Origin: a virus
Length of the DNA stretch: 64,000 bases
Reading direction: 5' to 3' (one strand)
IMG/VR virus record: IMGVR_UViG_3300027858_000541
Part shown: positions 30,611 to 42,458 of the stretch, piece by piece
Position numbering within the stretch: position 1 is the stretch's first letter
Layout: every line of letters begins with the position of its first letter
Made by a program: the position numbers and the translations under genes
Notes under the pieces: generated by a model
What the model saw: only the letters and a program-made list of their open reading frames with translations
Database searches by the model: none
What the model was told of the DNA's origin: nothing

Positions 30611-31696
30611 GTGATTCCATATGAAAGTGAAATTAATTATAAAATAGAAGTTTTAACCTACATCAAAGAGGTTTTAGGCAAAGGAGATTTAGAAGGGCTA
30701 CTATCACTTTATCAGGTTTATAATAAGGACTATAAAACAAGACCTTATCAAATGATGTCAAAAACTAGAGATGTTAACATTCAAATAACTGAAAAATTAA
30801 ATGAATTATTGCCGGAGAAATTCAGTAGTTTTCAATTTTATTTCGATGAGACACTTGGGGGGTATAATCAAATTAAAATTCAATATCTTCATCCTAATGG
30901 AATGAATTTGAAGATATGTACTTTAAGTTTAACTCATCACATGATAGAAGATAAAATAGATTTACTGAGGTTTGCTTTTAATGCAACAGAAAATATTCAA
31001 AAACAGACAGAGGTTCTTAACGAAACGATTGCAAGATGGACAGATTGTATGAAAGACAAGGAGATAATAACAGAAAAGAAAGTAACGTTCTTTTATAAGA
31101 AACAGCAAAAAGAACAAGATTTACAGGCGCTGGAAGAAAAAGTTGAAAAATCGATGGTACAGTTGAATAAGGAAGAAGCAAAGCTAGAAGCACTGAAGCA
31201 GAACGTGGAACATCATTTTGCACTTGTGGAGAACGTAGAGCTATTTGAATCCTTTTTATCTTTCTTAGAAACAATCGGATTTAAGTTGAGAGAAGACGTA
31301 CTGCCTTATCGAAAAGAATATCAACTTTGTACCATTCCTCAACATAATTTGTATATCAGTGAATACCTGTCTTACCAAGATGGAAGGGATTTCTATTTTT
31401 ATAAGAGTGAGAATCTGGAAGAGCGTAGTTATGAGGTTTTTTTAGAAGAGGACACTATTGTTCCAAGAAAATTAGAATTATCACTGTTCAACGCTATAAT
31501 ATCTCATTTATTGGATAAAGGAATTGAAGAATTTCAAGTATCTGAAGAGGAGGAAGCCATTCCTTTCATCACATTTAAACAGAATGAAAATATCTATACA
31601 ATACATCTGGACGGAATAATAATCACAAACGGGAAGACTGCTTCTATTTACGATTTGGTTTTACTTGGTGTAACAAATGTTGTGCAGAAGTATTGA
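30611..31696 (+). CDS. Hypothetical protein with central coiled coil
   Basis: 361-aa ORF; QKEQDLQALEEKVEK...LEALKQ heptads. Confidence 0.55.
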   Translation: MIPYESEINYKIEVLTYIKEVLGKGDLEGLLSLYQVYNKDYKTRPYQMMSKTRDVNIQITEKLNELLPEKFSSFQFYFDETLGGYNQIKIQYLHPNGMNLKICTLSLTHHMIEDKIDLLRFAFNATENIQKQTEVLNETIARWTDCMKDKEIITEKKVTFFYKKQQKEQDLQALEEKVEKSMVQLNKEEAKLEALKQNVEHHFALVENVELFESFLSFLETIGFKLREDVLPYRKEYQLCTIPQHNLYISEYLSYQDGRDFYFYKSENLEERSYEVFLEEDTIVPRKLELSLFNAIISHLLDKGIEEFQVSEEEEAIPFITFKQNENIYTIHLDGIIITNGKTASIYDLVLLGVTNVVQKY

Positions 31697-32092
31697 TAGT
31701 ATAAACGACTATATAAAGCGGAATTAGAGGGTGGAGAAGTGTGAAAATAAACAAGAAAATACAAGAAACATTTGCATTACATTCACGAGCCAATACGAAG
31801 CGTTTGCAATTACAACACGAACTTTATAGTTGGGTGGAAAAGCAAGGAATAGATGTAACGGAAGAAAGATTTATGGACGCTATTGGAGTGCGAATTTCAG
31901 AAGATGAATTTCAATCTTTCGAAGAGTTTATAGAAGACCTTGAAAGATATAAGAATGGGGAAGAAGTTGGATATGGTTAAGTGACTCTAGAGCTTTAATT
32001 GTACTCTTCTATATTGTCTTCATAAGCACCTATATGTGAATATTTTAATTTTAAAAAGAGACCAGATAACACATCTGGTCTCTACTTCATTC

Positions 32093-32854
32093 TTATTCTG
32101 TAGGTTTATTATCATTTGTGTCGACTTGGTTTTCTAGTTTAGAACCTTCTTCTGTCACTGCGCTTTCTTGATAGGAAAGAGATATATCGGTATCAGGTCT
32201 TCGGTAAAAGTATTCCCCACGATATGGTTTCTCTATATTCACATCATCTTTCATCAATCGTTGCATGAATGCTGTCATATTTTCAATTTTAAAATCAGTT
32301 CGAGCCTCAATATCCTTTTTCAAAGTACTAGCTGGCACAGAGGCGGTATGTTGTTTCAATATAGAAACGGTTGCTTCGTAAAGAGGGGCATAGTTTATAG
32401 CATTTCTCTTTCCTCTCCTAGTACCTGAGTTTCTAGTGCCATTTCGATTAGACTTTCCTTTTTCTCTCTTTGCTAATTCTTTATACTCTTTGATGATTGC
32501 TTGTGAATTTTCTAGACTTCTTTTGAATTCTTCTTTTTCAGTTCGTTCTATTTCCAAAAGTTCTTTCATCTCATTGACCAGTGGTAAGATTGTTTCATTC
32601 ATAACTTCATCGTATGATGCTTCTTCTACCACAACAGAAGTATGTTCTGCCTCTTTTTTTTCTTCTTGTTCACTTTCAATCGTAGTTCCGCTATTCTCGG
32701 TAAAATCCGAGGTAAAGAACGTCTCTTGCTCATCTAATTTACGAAGCCTTTCATAAATTTGCTCCCGTTCATCTCTACATTCTTTTGCTACACGCTCTTC
32801 TCTTTTATCCAATTCTTCTAATCTCATTTTAAGTGCCATTCGTACATTAAACAT
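32093..32854 (-). CDS. rok: Rok-family repressor/xenogeneic silencer
   Basis: N-terminus MFNVRMALKMRLEEL...ERE.IY..LR.LD matches B. subtilis Rok (MFNEREALRLRLEQL); C-terminal IENMTAFM...IEKPYRGEY matches the Rok DNA-binding domain (NMTTFM...KPYRGQY). Confidence 0.88.
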   Translation of the reverse strand: MFNVRMALKMRLEELDKREERVAKECRDEREQIYERLRKLDEQETFFTSDFTENSGTTIESEQEEKKEAEHTSVVVEEASYDEVMNETILPLVNEMKELLEIERTEKEEFKRSLENSQAIIKEYKELAKREKGKSNRNGTRNSGTRRGKRNAINYAPLYEATVSILKQHTASVPASTLKKDIEARTDFKIENMTAFMQRLMKDDVNIEKPYRGEYFYRRPDTDISLSYQESAVTEEGSKLENQVDTNDNKPTE

Positions 32855-33067
32855 AGGATTCTCCTTTTCTTTTTACATTTTCTCCTTTATTGTAACAAAT
32901 TTGTCATCGCATGCGAAATTTCACATAAGTAAGGGTTGGATTCACTTTCTTCTCCTTTTAGATGTGACACTTTTATTGAATAGTTATTTTTCAAACTAAA
33001 TAAATCTAAGATATAGAGAATTGATAAGAAAGGAAACATAAGGTTTGATTAAAAAGGAGGAAATAGA

Positions 33068-33643
33068 GTGAATTGTACAAAAACACTATATCGAGAACTT
33101 ATGAGAAAGGTAAAGTCGGAATTAAATAAAGAAATTATTGTGGTCTGTATCGGAACAGATAGGTCAACCGGTGATTCACTAGCACCTCTCGTCGGTACTT
33201 ACTTAACTGAGGGTAAATTAAAACAATTAAAAGTGTATGGGACAGTTGATGAACCTATTCATGGTCTTAATTTAGAAGAACAGATATCTTCAATCAAAAA
33301 GAAACATCCGGGTGCCTATATAATCGCCATTGACGCTTCACTTGGAGAGTCTAAATCGATTGGGAAAATAATTGTGAAAGATACACCTATTTTACCGGGA
33401 AGAGCGTTTAATAGAGATTTCATGCCGGTAGGAAATTGTTCTGTCCATGGGATAGTCAATGTAAATTATGTAATAAATTCACACGATGTACTAAATAGCA
33501 CAAGGTTAAGTATGGTTATGAAGTTAGCAAGAGAATGTACTGAAGTCATCCAACTATTAGATAAATATGTTCATCGAAAACATATGATTTCTATAAAAAA
33601 AGTTGAAACATTAGGAGCTGAAAGTTTTGCAAAAGCTATTTAG
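33068..33643 (+). CDS. yyaC: Spore protease YyaC family
   Basis: CIGTDRSTGDSLAPLVG, YGTVDEPIH..NL, IIAIDASLG and VG...GIVN motifs. Confidence 0.88.
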   Translation: MNCTKTLYRELMRKVKSELNKEIIVVCIGTDRSTGDSLAPLVGTYLTEGKLKQLKVYGTVDEPIHGLNLEEQISSIKKKHPGAYIIAIDASLGESKSIGKIIVKDTPILPGRAFNRDFMPVGNCSVHGIVNVNYVINSHDVLNSTRLSMVMKLARECTEVIQLLDKYVHRKHMISIKKVETLGAESFAKAI

Positions 33644-35264
33644 ATTAACGACCAAAAGATTGATACTTTTAGAATCCATCTTAACAACTATTAATGGTCG
33701 AAAAGAATTTATGGAGGATTTGTTAGAGCATCCATATGAAAAGGAAAGAAATGAGCGTACAGTCAAAATGAAGCAAGAGCTGGCAAAGATACAGTTAGCG
33801 GAATCTGTTTTAGTTACAGTATCTTATCATAACTCCAACTTAAAAGACCTCAATTATCCCAATAATCCAAAAAAACATTGGCGTAATGAGTGGGATATCC
33901 CACTAGAGGAATTTACTCAAGGTATCAAGCAGGCAATTGAATTACTTCGGTGGTACCAAGAAATAACGTTGCCAGAATTTCGGGAGAAGAAGGAAAAACA
34001 AATCGAGTTCTTGCAGTTATTAGAAGAATTTAGAAAAGCCGGATGAAAAGGAGATAATGTAATGAAACCATTAAAAGAATTAACAATAGAAAAAACTTAT
34101 TCAAATGAGGAAGCTTCATTTCATACGATATTTCATTATAGAGTAAGCGAAGAAGCAGGACTAGGCGGAGGAGATACTTATATAAAAATTGAGCTCCAGC
34201 ATACCAATGAGATAAAAGATTTAGAAAAGGTTCATCAGAGTAAAGCGCCATTATTTTATAATAACGACGCATGGACTCCTGAACTACTTGAATTTGCAAC
34301 ACCAATTTCGGAGGCAGAGTATTTAGCAAATGTAAAAAAGACATAACCTTTCATGATTATGGTACCTTTGTAATTCTTAATGAGAGTAGAGCACAAATAG
34401 AATTATTCATTGTACAATACATTTGTGAATAATAAACAGGAGTGATTAATTTGACTGAAAAACAGAAAGTAATGTTTGGTGTATATATACTGATTGATTA
34501 TTTATATTCACTACTTATACTGGTGGGTTTCCTTTGTTTGTTAAGCCCATTATTTTATATAATTTATTCTCATATCGGGGATAAGCTAAGTGGCGATGAC
34601 TATCGTCTATTAATTTCTATGTTTATAAGCCTTCAAATCTCCCTTTATTTGGGTGATGGAATAAAAGACGGCATAGAATATGCAAAAGAAAAAATTCAAC
34701 TGAATTTAAAGGAGGAATAGAGAAGATAGTGAAGTAGCTATGAAAAAAAAGAGACTTAGAGTATCTTGCTTTGTCTTAGAATAAACTATAGTGTCCAAAA
34801 TATAATAATTTGTTTATTAAAAGGAGAGAGATGTAATGGGAACTAAATTAAAAGAAGGACAAGTTGTTCGTAGTGGTCTTTTCGTTAATGGATTCATCCA
34901 GAAAGAATTCATTCAAGTGGGGTGCTATAAAGAAAAGAAGATTCACGAAACATATTCAAATACAGGAAATCATGTTTTAGGAATTCCAGCTATTGATGAA
35001 AACCGAAGAGAACGGGAATATCTGATATTGGAAGTAAAGGAACAGCAACCTCGTAACACTATCGGAAATAGAAGGTCTTCTTATGAAAATATGATTTACG
35101 CCATTGAATTAAAGGAAGATGGAAGCTATGATGAAAACAATCAGAAGATTTCATTTAGCACTTGTGGGGTTTATTCAGGTTCTATTAGTGAATGGGACAT
35201 TGAAATTGTAGGTGAAATGAAGAAAACATATATTAAAAATTAATAAAAAAGACACCTTCTTAGT

Positions 35265-36035
35265 TTATTGGAAGGTGTCTTTTTTATGTGTCTGTTTTTG
35301 AATTTTTTGTGCTTCTTGTAATAAGTGATAATAACCCCTAACGACCATAGGCAGAAGACGGTTTGATTGATTGAATCCATACAGTCCACAAGAAACAAAT
35401 GGATGTATCTCTAAAATAACTGTTTCTCCGTTTGTTGTAATTCCAACATCCAGTGTGTATGCGCTCGGAGAGTCAATGTAGGTGTCAATCATTTCTTCCA
35501 TCTTCTTAATATCTGGAATTGAATCCATTACACTCCCACTATAGGAGCGAACATCTAATAGAGCCCCTTCAAAAACAAAACCACGCCACTCACTTGTAAG
35601 GTCTAACCAGTCAGATGCCCAATAAATTTCATCTGGAGATAATAGATGTTGGAGTTCTTGAAATCTACCTGTGGCTCCCTTGTAATAGTCGGCTGACTTA
35701 ATAAAACCTTGAAATTTTGCATCTTGGAGACTATCCAGTTTTTTTAAGGAAAGTGAACGTCCTAAGAATGCTGAAGTCTGTAAGGAGTTTGGTATATAAA
35801 TAGGGACAATCGAATCAGCATCTATTCCAAAATGTTCCTTCATAAAGCTAAAAACAAAAGGTAATGAACCAATCGGAATCATCTGTTTCATTGGTGAAGA
35901 TATATCACTATATACAATTTCATAAGAGGATTCTCCTGCTCTTAACCATTTGTCAAACCGAACCGATTCTTCTAAATGAAAGCAAAAATCATAAAGTAAT
36001 TGACCATTTGTTCTTTCCATATAAAATGTAACCAT
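35265..36035 (-). CDS. ATP-grasp protein, R2K/DUF4343-like
   Basis: FIKS, SEWRGFVF, Y.G and AYTLDVG...ILEIHPF.SCGLYG motifs. Confidence 0.78.
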   Translation of the reverse strand: MVTFYMERTNGQLLYDFCFHLEESVRFDKWLRAGESSYEIVYSDISSPMKQMIPIGSLPFVFSFMKEHFGIDADSIVPIYIPNSLQTSAFLGRSLSLKKLDSLQDAKFQGFIKSADYYKGATGRFQELQHLLSPDEIYWASDWLDLTSEWRGFVFEGALLDVRSYSGSVMDSIPDIKKMEEMIDTYIDSPSAYTLDVGITTNGETVILEIHPFVSCGLYGFNQSNRLLPMVVRGYYHLLQEAQKIQKQTHKKDTFQ

Positions 36036-36373
36036 TTCTAAAAGTCCTTTCTCAGCGCATACAACTTATTTGTCTATTTAAATTTAATTATCTAATAGTA
36101 AAATTAATTTGTCAAATATAATTTACTGTTTTGTTAATACGTGATATAATTATGTTTGAAAGGGTGTTTTAGTTGAATACGATTACAGGAAAAGTTAATT
36201 TTTTAAATTTAGCATATGGAAAAAAAGATTTTTATAAAGAAATGAAAGCTTTTAATTGTGAAATAGTGAGCGAGAAAAGATTTCTATTTACCTATACCTT
36301 CAAAGTAAAGGGAAGAGATGAAGATTTAGCACATGCACGTTGGTACTTCAATCACGGATAAATGATTCATTAT

Positions 36374-36424
36374 TAGATAGATAGATAGATATATATATAA
36401 CTAACTAACTAATTAATTAATTAA
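36374..36424 (+). repeat. Compound microsatellite (GATA)n(TA)n(ACTA)n(ATTA)n
   Basis: tagatagatagatagatatatatataactaactaactaattaattaattaa, intergenic. Confidence 0.85.
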
Positions 36425-36446
36425 GTAAATATGAGGGAGATTAAAA

Positions 36447-37190
36447 ATGAGAATTACCTATGATGCTTTAGCGAAAAAAATACAGGAAATACACGAAAAA
36501 GAACTAGAACTGATGAATAAAAGAGCAATAGAAACACTAGAAAGTATTTTGCCTATTTTGGATGAACATGGTGTGTTGATGGATGATGATGTATATCCAA
36601 ATGTAAATCAAAAGGACTGTTTACGATTATTCGATATCATGTTGAGATACGGAAAAGAACCTACTTATGATATAGAAAACCCTTTTGACCACCAATACCG
36701 TTTGTATCGTTACAAGAAAAGATTAATAGCATTATTTATCATGCATGGACAAGGAACCACATCCCGCTTTGAAATACCAGAGCAATCTATTGTGGATGCG
36801 ACAAAAGTGGAAAATATCATGGATTTCGAAGATTTTGTCCAATCCTATTTTGAATCATTGAAAATAGAAGATGAATTATGCAAGGATATGGTTGAAGAAA
36901 ATAAGAAGCAAGAAGCAATAATCGAAGTGATAGATGGCAAACAAGAACGGATTCACAGGTTAAAGCTCGTAGAACCATTTTTTACAGATGTGAAAGAAGG
37001 TAGAAAGACGTTTGAGGTTAGATTATGGGATAGGGATTATCAGGTTGGAGATGTCTTAACGATGAGATTATTCGATAAACATTATGGCTTAATGGATGAA
37101 CAATTAGTAATGCGAGTAACATCCCTGTTAAGCGACACCGATTACGTCAAAGAAGGATACGTCATCTTAAGTATTCAAACCTTAATATAG
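36447..37190 (+). CDS. Protein with C-terminal DUF3850 (ASCH/PUA-like) domain
   Basis: HRLKLVEPFFTDVKEGRKTFEVRLWDRDYQVGDVL signature. Confidence 0.8.
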   Translation: MRITYDALAKKIQEIHEKELELMNKRAIETLESILPILDEHGVLMDDDVYPNVNQKDCLRLFDIMLRYGKEPTYDIENPFDHQYRLYRYKKRLIALFIMHGQGTTSRFEIPEQSIVDATKVENIMDFEDFVQSYFESLKIEDELCKDMVEENKKQEAIIEVIDGKQERIHRLKLVEPFFTDVKEGRKTFEVRLWDRDYQVGDVLTMRLFDKHYGLMDEQLVMRVTSLLSDTDYVKEGYVILSIQTLI

Positions 37191-37235
37191 TTGAATCCCA
37201 AACAACATAACACGAAGGAAAGGGAAGGACTAAAA

Positions 37236-37613
37236 ATGAAAATCTATGTAGGTCATTCTAATGAAATAGATTATAAAAATGAATTGTATTTGCCAATAAG
37301 AAAGAGTTCATTGAACGACAAATATAATTTTATTTTACCTCACGAAAAATCAAAAGAACCTTTTAACTCAAAAGACTTTTTAAAGTGTTGTGATTTATTT
37401 ATTGCGGAAGTCTCCGCTAAATCAACTGGGTTAGGAATTGAATTGGGTTGGGCAGATTTACTAGGTGTTCCAATAATCTGTTTCCACAAAAATGATGTAA
37501 GACCATCAAGTTCTTTAAAAGTTATCACTAACGAATTTATAGAATACGAAAATGATATAGATTTTATCCATAAAATAAGTAATTCTATTAAAAAAATACA
37601 CGGAACAAAATGA
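37236..37613 (+). CDS. Nucleoside 2-deoxyribosyltransferase-like protein
   Basis: MKIYVGHS, DLFIAEVS..STGLGIELGWA...VPII motifs; ATG 37236 with RBS. Confidence 0.75.
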   Translation: MKIYVGHSNEIDYKNELYLPIRKSSLNDKYNFILPHEKSKEPFNSKDFLKCCDLFIAEVSAKSTGLGIELGWADLLGVPIICFHKNDVRPSSSLKVITNEFIEYENDIDFIHKISNSIKKIHGTK

Positions 37614-40600
37614 ATTATAAATAGGGAGATTTATGAAAGAGATTATTAATGAGATAGTAAGCTTAAAAATACTAAAGGATGCCGATGGTTTAGAAAAGTT
37701 ATTTACATCATTCAATTTAGTCGAACTGACTGAATTACATATATTCTCGATAGAATTAAAAAATTCTTGTGAGACAGAAATTATGAAACAGCTTAAATAA
37801 TAAGAGTTATTTAATGAAAGTTGAAAATCATTAGAGAAAAAAAGGAAAGGGTGTCGGTTACGTGAGAAAAACTGCGATATTTGTAATTAACGATGAGAGA
37901 TTGGAGCTCCCATTATATGAAAAAGGAGACATCGTAAAACCAATAGAACAATCGACTACTGCAATAGGAGCAACTGGAACGGTTGAAGGAATAACTGCTG
38001 GAGGTCTTTTTGTAGATGTCATATGGGATAAAGAGAAATATCCATCCAAATGTGGTGGTGAAGTTAGATTAGGAAAAGGAAGAATGGTTAACGATTTGAT
38101 TTTAATCAATCAGTAATGAAAATAGGGGGAGTTACTATCATTAATCTAAAAATATTTGAACAGCTATTATATTGTGCATATGATTTGGAAACTTTAAACT
38201 TTCAGAAATCAACAACAACTATTCATAAAAAACAAAATGAACAAAAAATCGAGCAAGGGTGTTATATATTAACAAATCAAGGAGATATCGAAATTTATAC
38301 AACTGAAAAAATCGTGTTCGAAAAAGGAAAGCCAATTATTACTTTATCATCTAAATTTAAAAGCAATATATCTTTAGTTGAAACTCATACGATTCAAGAA
38401 TTAATTACAATGCAGTTAGAAACAGAAGCATTTTTAGGATTTGACAACTATAAAGATATTGATTGTTCATGTGAGTTAATTATTTAAATTTATTTAAAAA
38501 GAAGCTTATTTATATGGAGGTTTCAAAGAGAATGTACACAGGATTACGAATTAAAGTAACAATTAAAAAGGATTTTTGCCAAATGATTTGCGGAATTAAT
38601 AATGAGGAATCATATTTTAATGATTATGTAGAACAGTTTCCTTTTTTGGCTACTTACGCAAAATTAAAGAGGTCAGAGCTAATACCATCGGGAATATCAG
38701 CTTACATGCCTACTGATTGGGAGCTCAGAGAACAGCCAACAGACGGTTTTGAACGTAAATTTGATATGGAAACAGGTATTTGGACATTTCAATGTACTTT
38801 AAAAAATTATGACAGTGTAATTGAGCATTTTTTAACAGATGTATTAGCAAACATTATTGTTTCGGCGGAACATATTGAAAGTCGTCATGAGGAAGACGAC
38901 GAGAGTATTATCTATAAATATATAAACGGTATCGTAGTTAGGGTTAATTAAGTAATGCAAAGTTAAACAAACAATGTGATATACACATAAAAAATTATAA
39001 GAAAAGGAGGTAAGAATCAATGGATAATAATAGCTTTCAATTGTTGGGTTCGAGTTCTAAAGGATTTATGAAGATACCAAGAAAAGGCGACTTAATGGCA
39101 TTGTGTATTCAGACCATAATGAGTGTATGTTTAATCTTAAAATTACTAATGTTTTGGAATACATTAGTAGCATTGGGATTCTTGACAATAGTAAATTTAA
39201 TTATTGGTATTTCTGTAAGTAAGGGTTTCGACATGAAAACATACTCAGTGATTTATGATGATAGCGGTTTACGTATTAATATATACAGGACAATTGCAAT
39301 GAATGTACTAATAACTTTAGTAATTACTGCAATAACCTTAGTTAGTATAGCGATTATACGAATAAGTGCGTAGTGTACAATTGCCTCAATTGTAATTGAC
39401 GTTTCTGGGATGTAAGAAAGATGCGTAAAAAAAACAAGAATTTTGGAATCATTAATGTTTATATTCAAACAATAGAGCGAAGAGGTGAAAAACTTGAGAA
39501 AACGTTTTGATGATTATTTTTACGACAACTATATTGAGGTTAGAAGAACCGAGGGAAAACCTTATGCAACGATTGTTGCCGAGAATGATGATGAAATGAC
39601 GCAGGTAGTTCTAAGTAAAGACACCTTATTGGAATTTATTGAACACTTACAAGAGATTCATAAGGAAATGTAAGATTACACAGTTCGAAAGTTTTCTCAA
39701 AGGATATTACCGTAGTTCGAATAAACGTAGCAGTAAACTCAAACAAGGAGGAAGATTAAATGAAAGAGATTGATGATTTAATTGTCAGACTAAGAGGTGA
39801 ACTATCCTCTCGCATTGACGACAGCGATATTGTTGATATCTTAGAAGTGTTACAAAATGCACAAGAGGAAATAACCATTTTGCAAGGACAAGTCGATAGT
39901 TGCGTGGCATTTGATTTAAATACTCCACCACCTACACCAAAGAGAACTTTCCCATTAAATAAAATTGGTGAATTACCAGTTGCATCAGAAAGTGATTAAT
40001 ACATCGTTCGACCAAAAGTTGCAGTTGACTCAAAAAGCGAAGGAGAGACAAAAGTGAATAAACGTAGAGAGATGTTTTTAGCAAGAAATCCCTTTATAAA
40101 AAGATTTACTAAAAATACGGTTTTAAAAAATTTTGGTGTTTCGGAAAAAGAATTTGACAAACTCATTCAAGATGGCTTTATCGTGGAAAACAACAATGAT
40201 ATTTGCATGAGTTGTTATCGAACCTGGAATCACAAACAAGAGCAATGTGTGTACTGTGGAGAAGAAGAATACGCAAAAGAAGCTGGATATTATAGCTATA
40301 AATAACTACACCGTTCAAACAAACGTTGCAGTGGACACATTGGGCAACACAGGCGATACCTCGAGGAGGGAGAACATGGAATCAGTATATGGTTATGATG
40401 AAGATTACTTGTATGGTAGGGTTTTTGGTAACAAGCAACAAATGATTTTTGCTTGTGAAAAATTTAATATTAGAGTATACAGTTCATCAGAGTTAGATAA
40501 AATAGAGATTTTTATTGATGGAAACTACTCACTTCTTTCTGATTTAAAATTAAATTCATTCAGTGGTTATCATGCAAGACTATACTACAAGTATCACGAA

Positions 40601-41164
40601 GACTATACACATGTCGGATTCGATGAACAGTATGCGATAACAGATGCCAAACTTGAAGGAGCTACTAAGTTATTTAAAAGAAAATGCATAACATGTAAGA
40701 CCTTAAAAAAGGTTGGTTATTTATCCCGTCAACTTAACACAATAAAGGGTGTCATAATCGGAAAAGTTAATTGGTACTATTGTGAAGAATGTGGAGACAA
40801 TATCCATGAATACCAATCAGAATTGCTAGATTCATGAGACTTAAACCACTACATATGGGGGGTAATGAAAAATGAAAAAAGTCATGTTGCGAGGTAGAGA
40901 AAATAAGGCTATTACAACAAATATACCTAAATCTTTAGAGTATATGGAGTATGGTATAACTTGGTAACTCCATTTGATTGGCAATACTTCAAAATAAAGA
41001 AAAGCTCTCGATACGTTAGCGTATATGATTTCATCGGAGATAAAAAACCTGTTTTTCTTGTTACAAAAAAGAGATTTTTAAAAGAATTTTTATCATGGGC
41101 AAAATCACCACCAAGTCCAGTGAAAGAGATAACAGAGCCTTAAGGAAAAATAACTGGCGGAGTG

Positions 41165-41992
41165 TTATGACCACTCCACCAATGAAGGTATTCTCAATAA
41201 ACCCTTTTTCGTTAAATTCCTATATTTCACTTTTGCTTTTATTTGTGGCTTTAGATAAACAAATTTATCGTTTTCATCCACGATGAAGTCGTTGTATTTT
41301 TTATAAAACTCTTGACGATTCTTCGCAGTCATAAACTCCATAACTCCAGCGTAGCTTCCATTTTCAAAATTGAGGAGTAAACCAAACTTATCTTTTCTTA
41401 AACCGGATATATACACATTATCGTATTTGTAATTTATTACTTTTAACCAATCGTTTGAACGTTTATTTTGATAGGTGGATTTAGCTCTTTTTTGTACAGT
41501 ACCCTCTAAATCTTGTTGCTTAACCAACTCAAAATACTGAGTTCCATTCCCATAAACCCATTGGACTTTATTGAATAGAGGAGTATCCTCCGTAATGATA
41601 TCTCCAAGTATCTCTTTTCGGTCAAGGAGAGGTAAACTGGTAATCCTTTTACCATTGTGATAAATAATATCAAACACACTATACGAAATAGTATGGCTAG
41701 ATTTGTTGGACATAAAGCGTTCCATAACAGCTTCGAAGTCTGGTTTTCCTTCATGGTCGGTAACAATGATTTCACCATCTAGAACTGTACCATTAGGAAT
41801 AGGCAGGTTAACCAATTCAGGAAACTTTGACGTAATTTCATTTTTATGGCGAGTGTATATTCTTACTTTATTATTAAATTTCGTCCAAATGGTGCGAATG
41901 CCATCCAGCTTTAACTCAGTTATATATGAATCATCATCAAAAGGTTGTTCTGATTTTTGCAATAGCATTGGGGATACAAACATTTTCATCAC
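41165..41992 (-). CDS. Minimal ATP-dependent DNA ligase
   Basis: ELKLDGIR (KxDG), LDGEI, VFDI, EGTVQK, KRS.DWLK motifs and OB-fold tail. Confidence 0.92.
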   Translation of the reverse strand: MMKMFVSPMLLQKSEQPFDDDSYITELKLDGIRTIWTKFNNKVRIYTRHKNEITSKFPELVNLPIPNGTVLDGEIIVTDHEGKPDFEAVMERFMSNKSSHTISYSVFDIIYHNGKRITSLPLLDRKEILGDIITEDTPLFNKVQWVYGNGTQYFELVKQQDLEGTVQKRAKSTYQNKRSNDWLKVINYKYDNVYISGLRKDKFGLLLNFENGSYAGVMEFMTAKNRQEFYKKYNDFIVDENDKFVYLKPQIKAKVKYRNLTKKGLLRIPSLVEWS

Positions 41993-42458
41993 CTCAATTA
42001 CTATTTTAACATGATAAGTTAGCCAAATTTATTGGTAATATGAGTCATTAAGTATGGTTCTAATAGAACAATAAACTTATGTAAAGAACAACATCGAAGT
42101 AATCAAATTAAGGAAAGAGGGACAAAAAATGAAGGTAACAGCAGGAGAAGAAATAAGAGAAATTAAATCAGGGAAGAATTTAGTTGTTGAACGTGATTTT
42201 GATAGCAAAAAAGATATCAAACCAACATCTACATTTGACTTTTTAGCAAGGTACAGCCATTCTGCAGGTATTACAAGGGATGGCGCTAAAGTGTATGGGA
42301 ATCGAGGACTGAGTTTGTCTGACGAAGGAATTGTTTGGGAGCGAGTGTAGTGTAATCGGAAGTCAATTGCATAGCACATGTGACATGACAACACTAATAA
42401 GGTGCAATTAACAAGAAAAACTAAGTAAATACAAATATTATGAATTGGAGAAAATGAG

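Noticed and set aside
40872-41143. Possible frameshifted pseudogene upstream of the ligase 3' end
   Set aside because: Two short overlapping frames, but no recognisable family to anchor the call.
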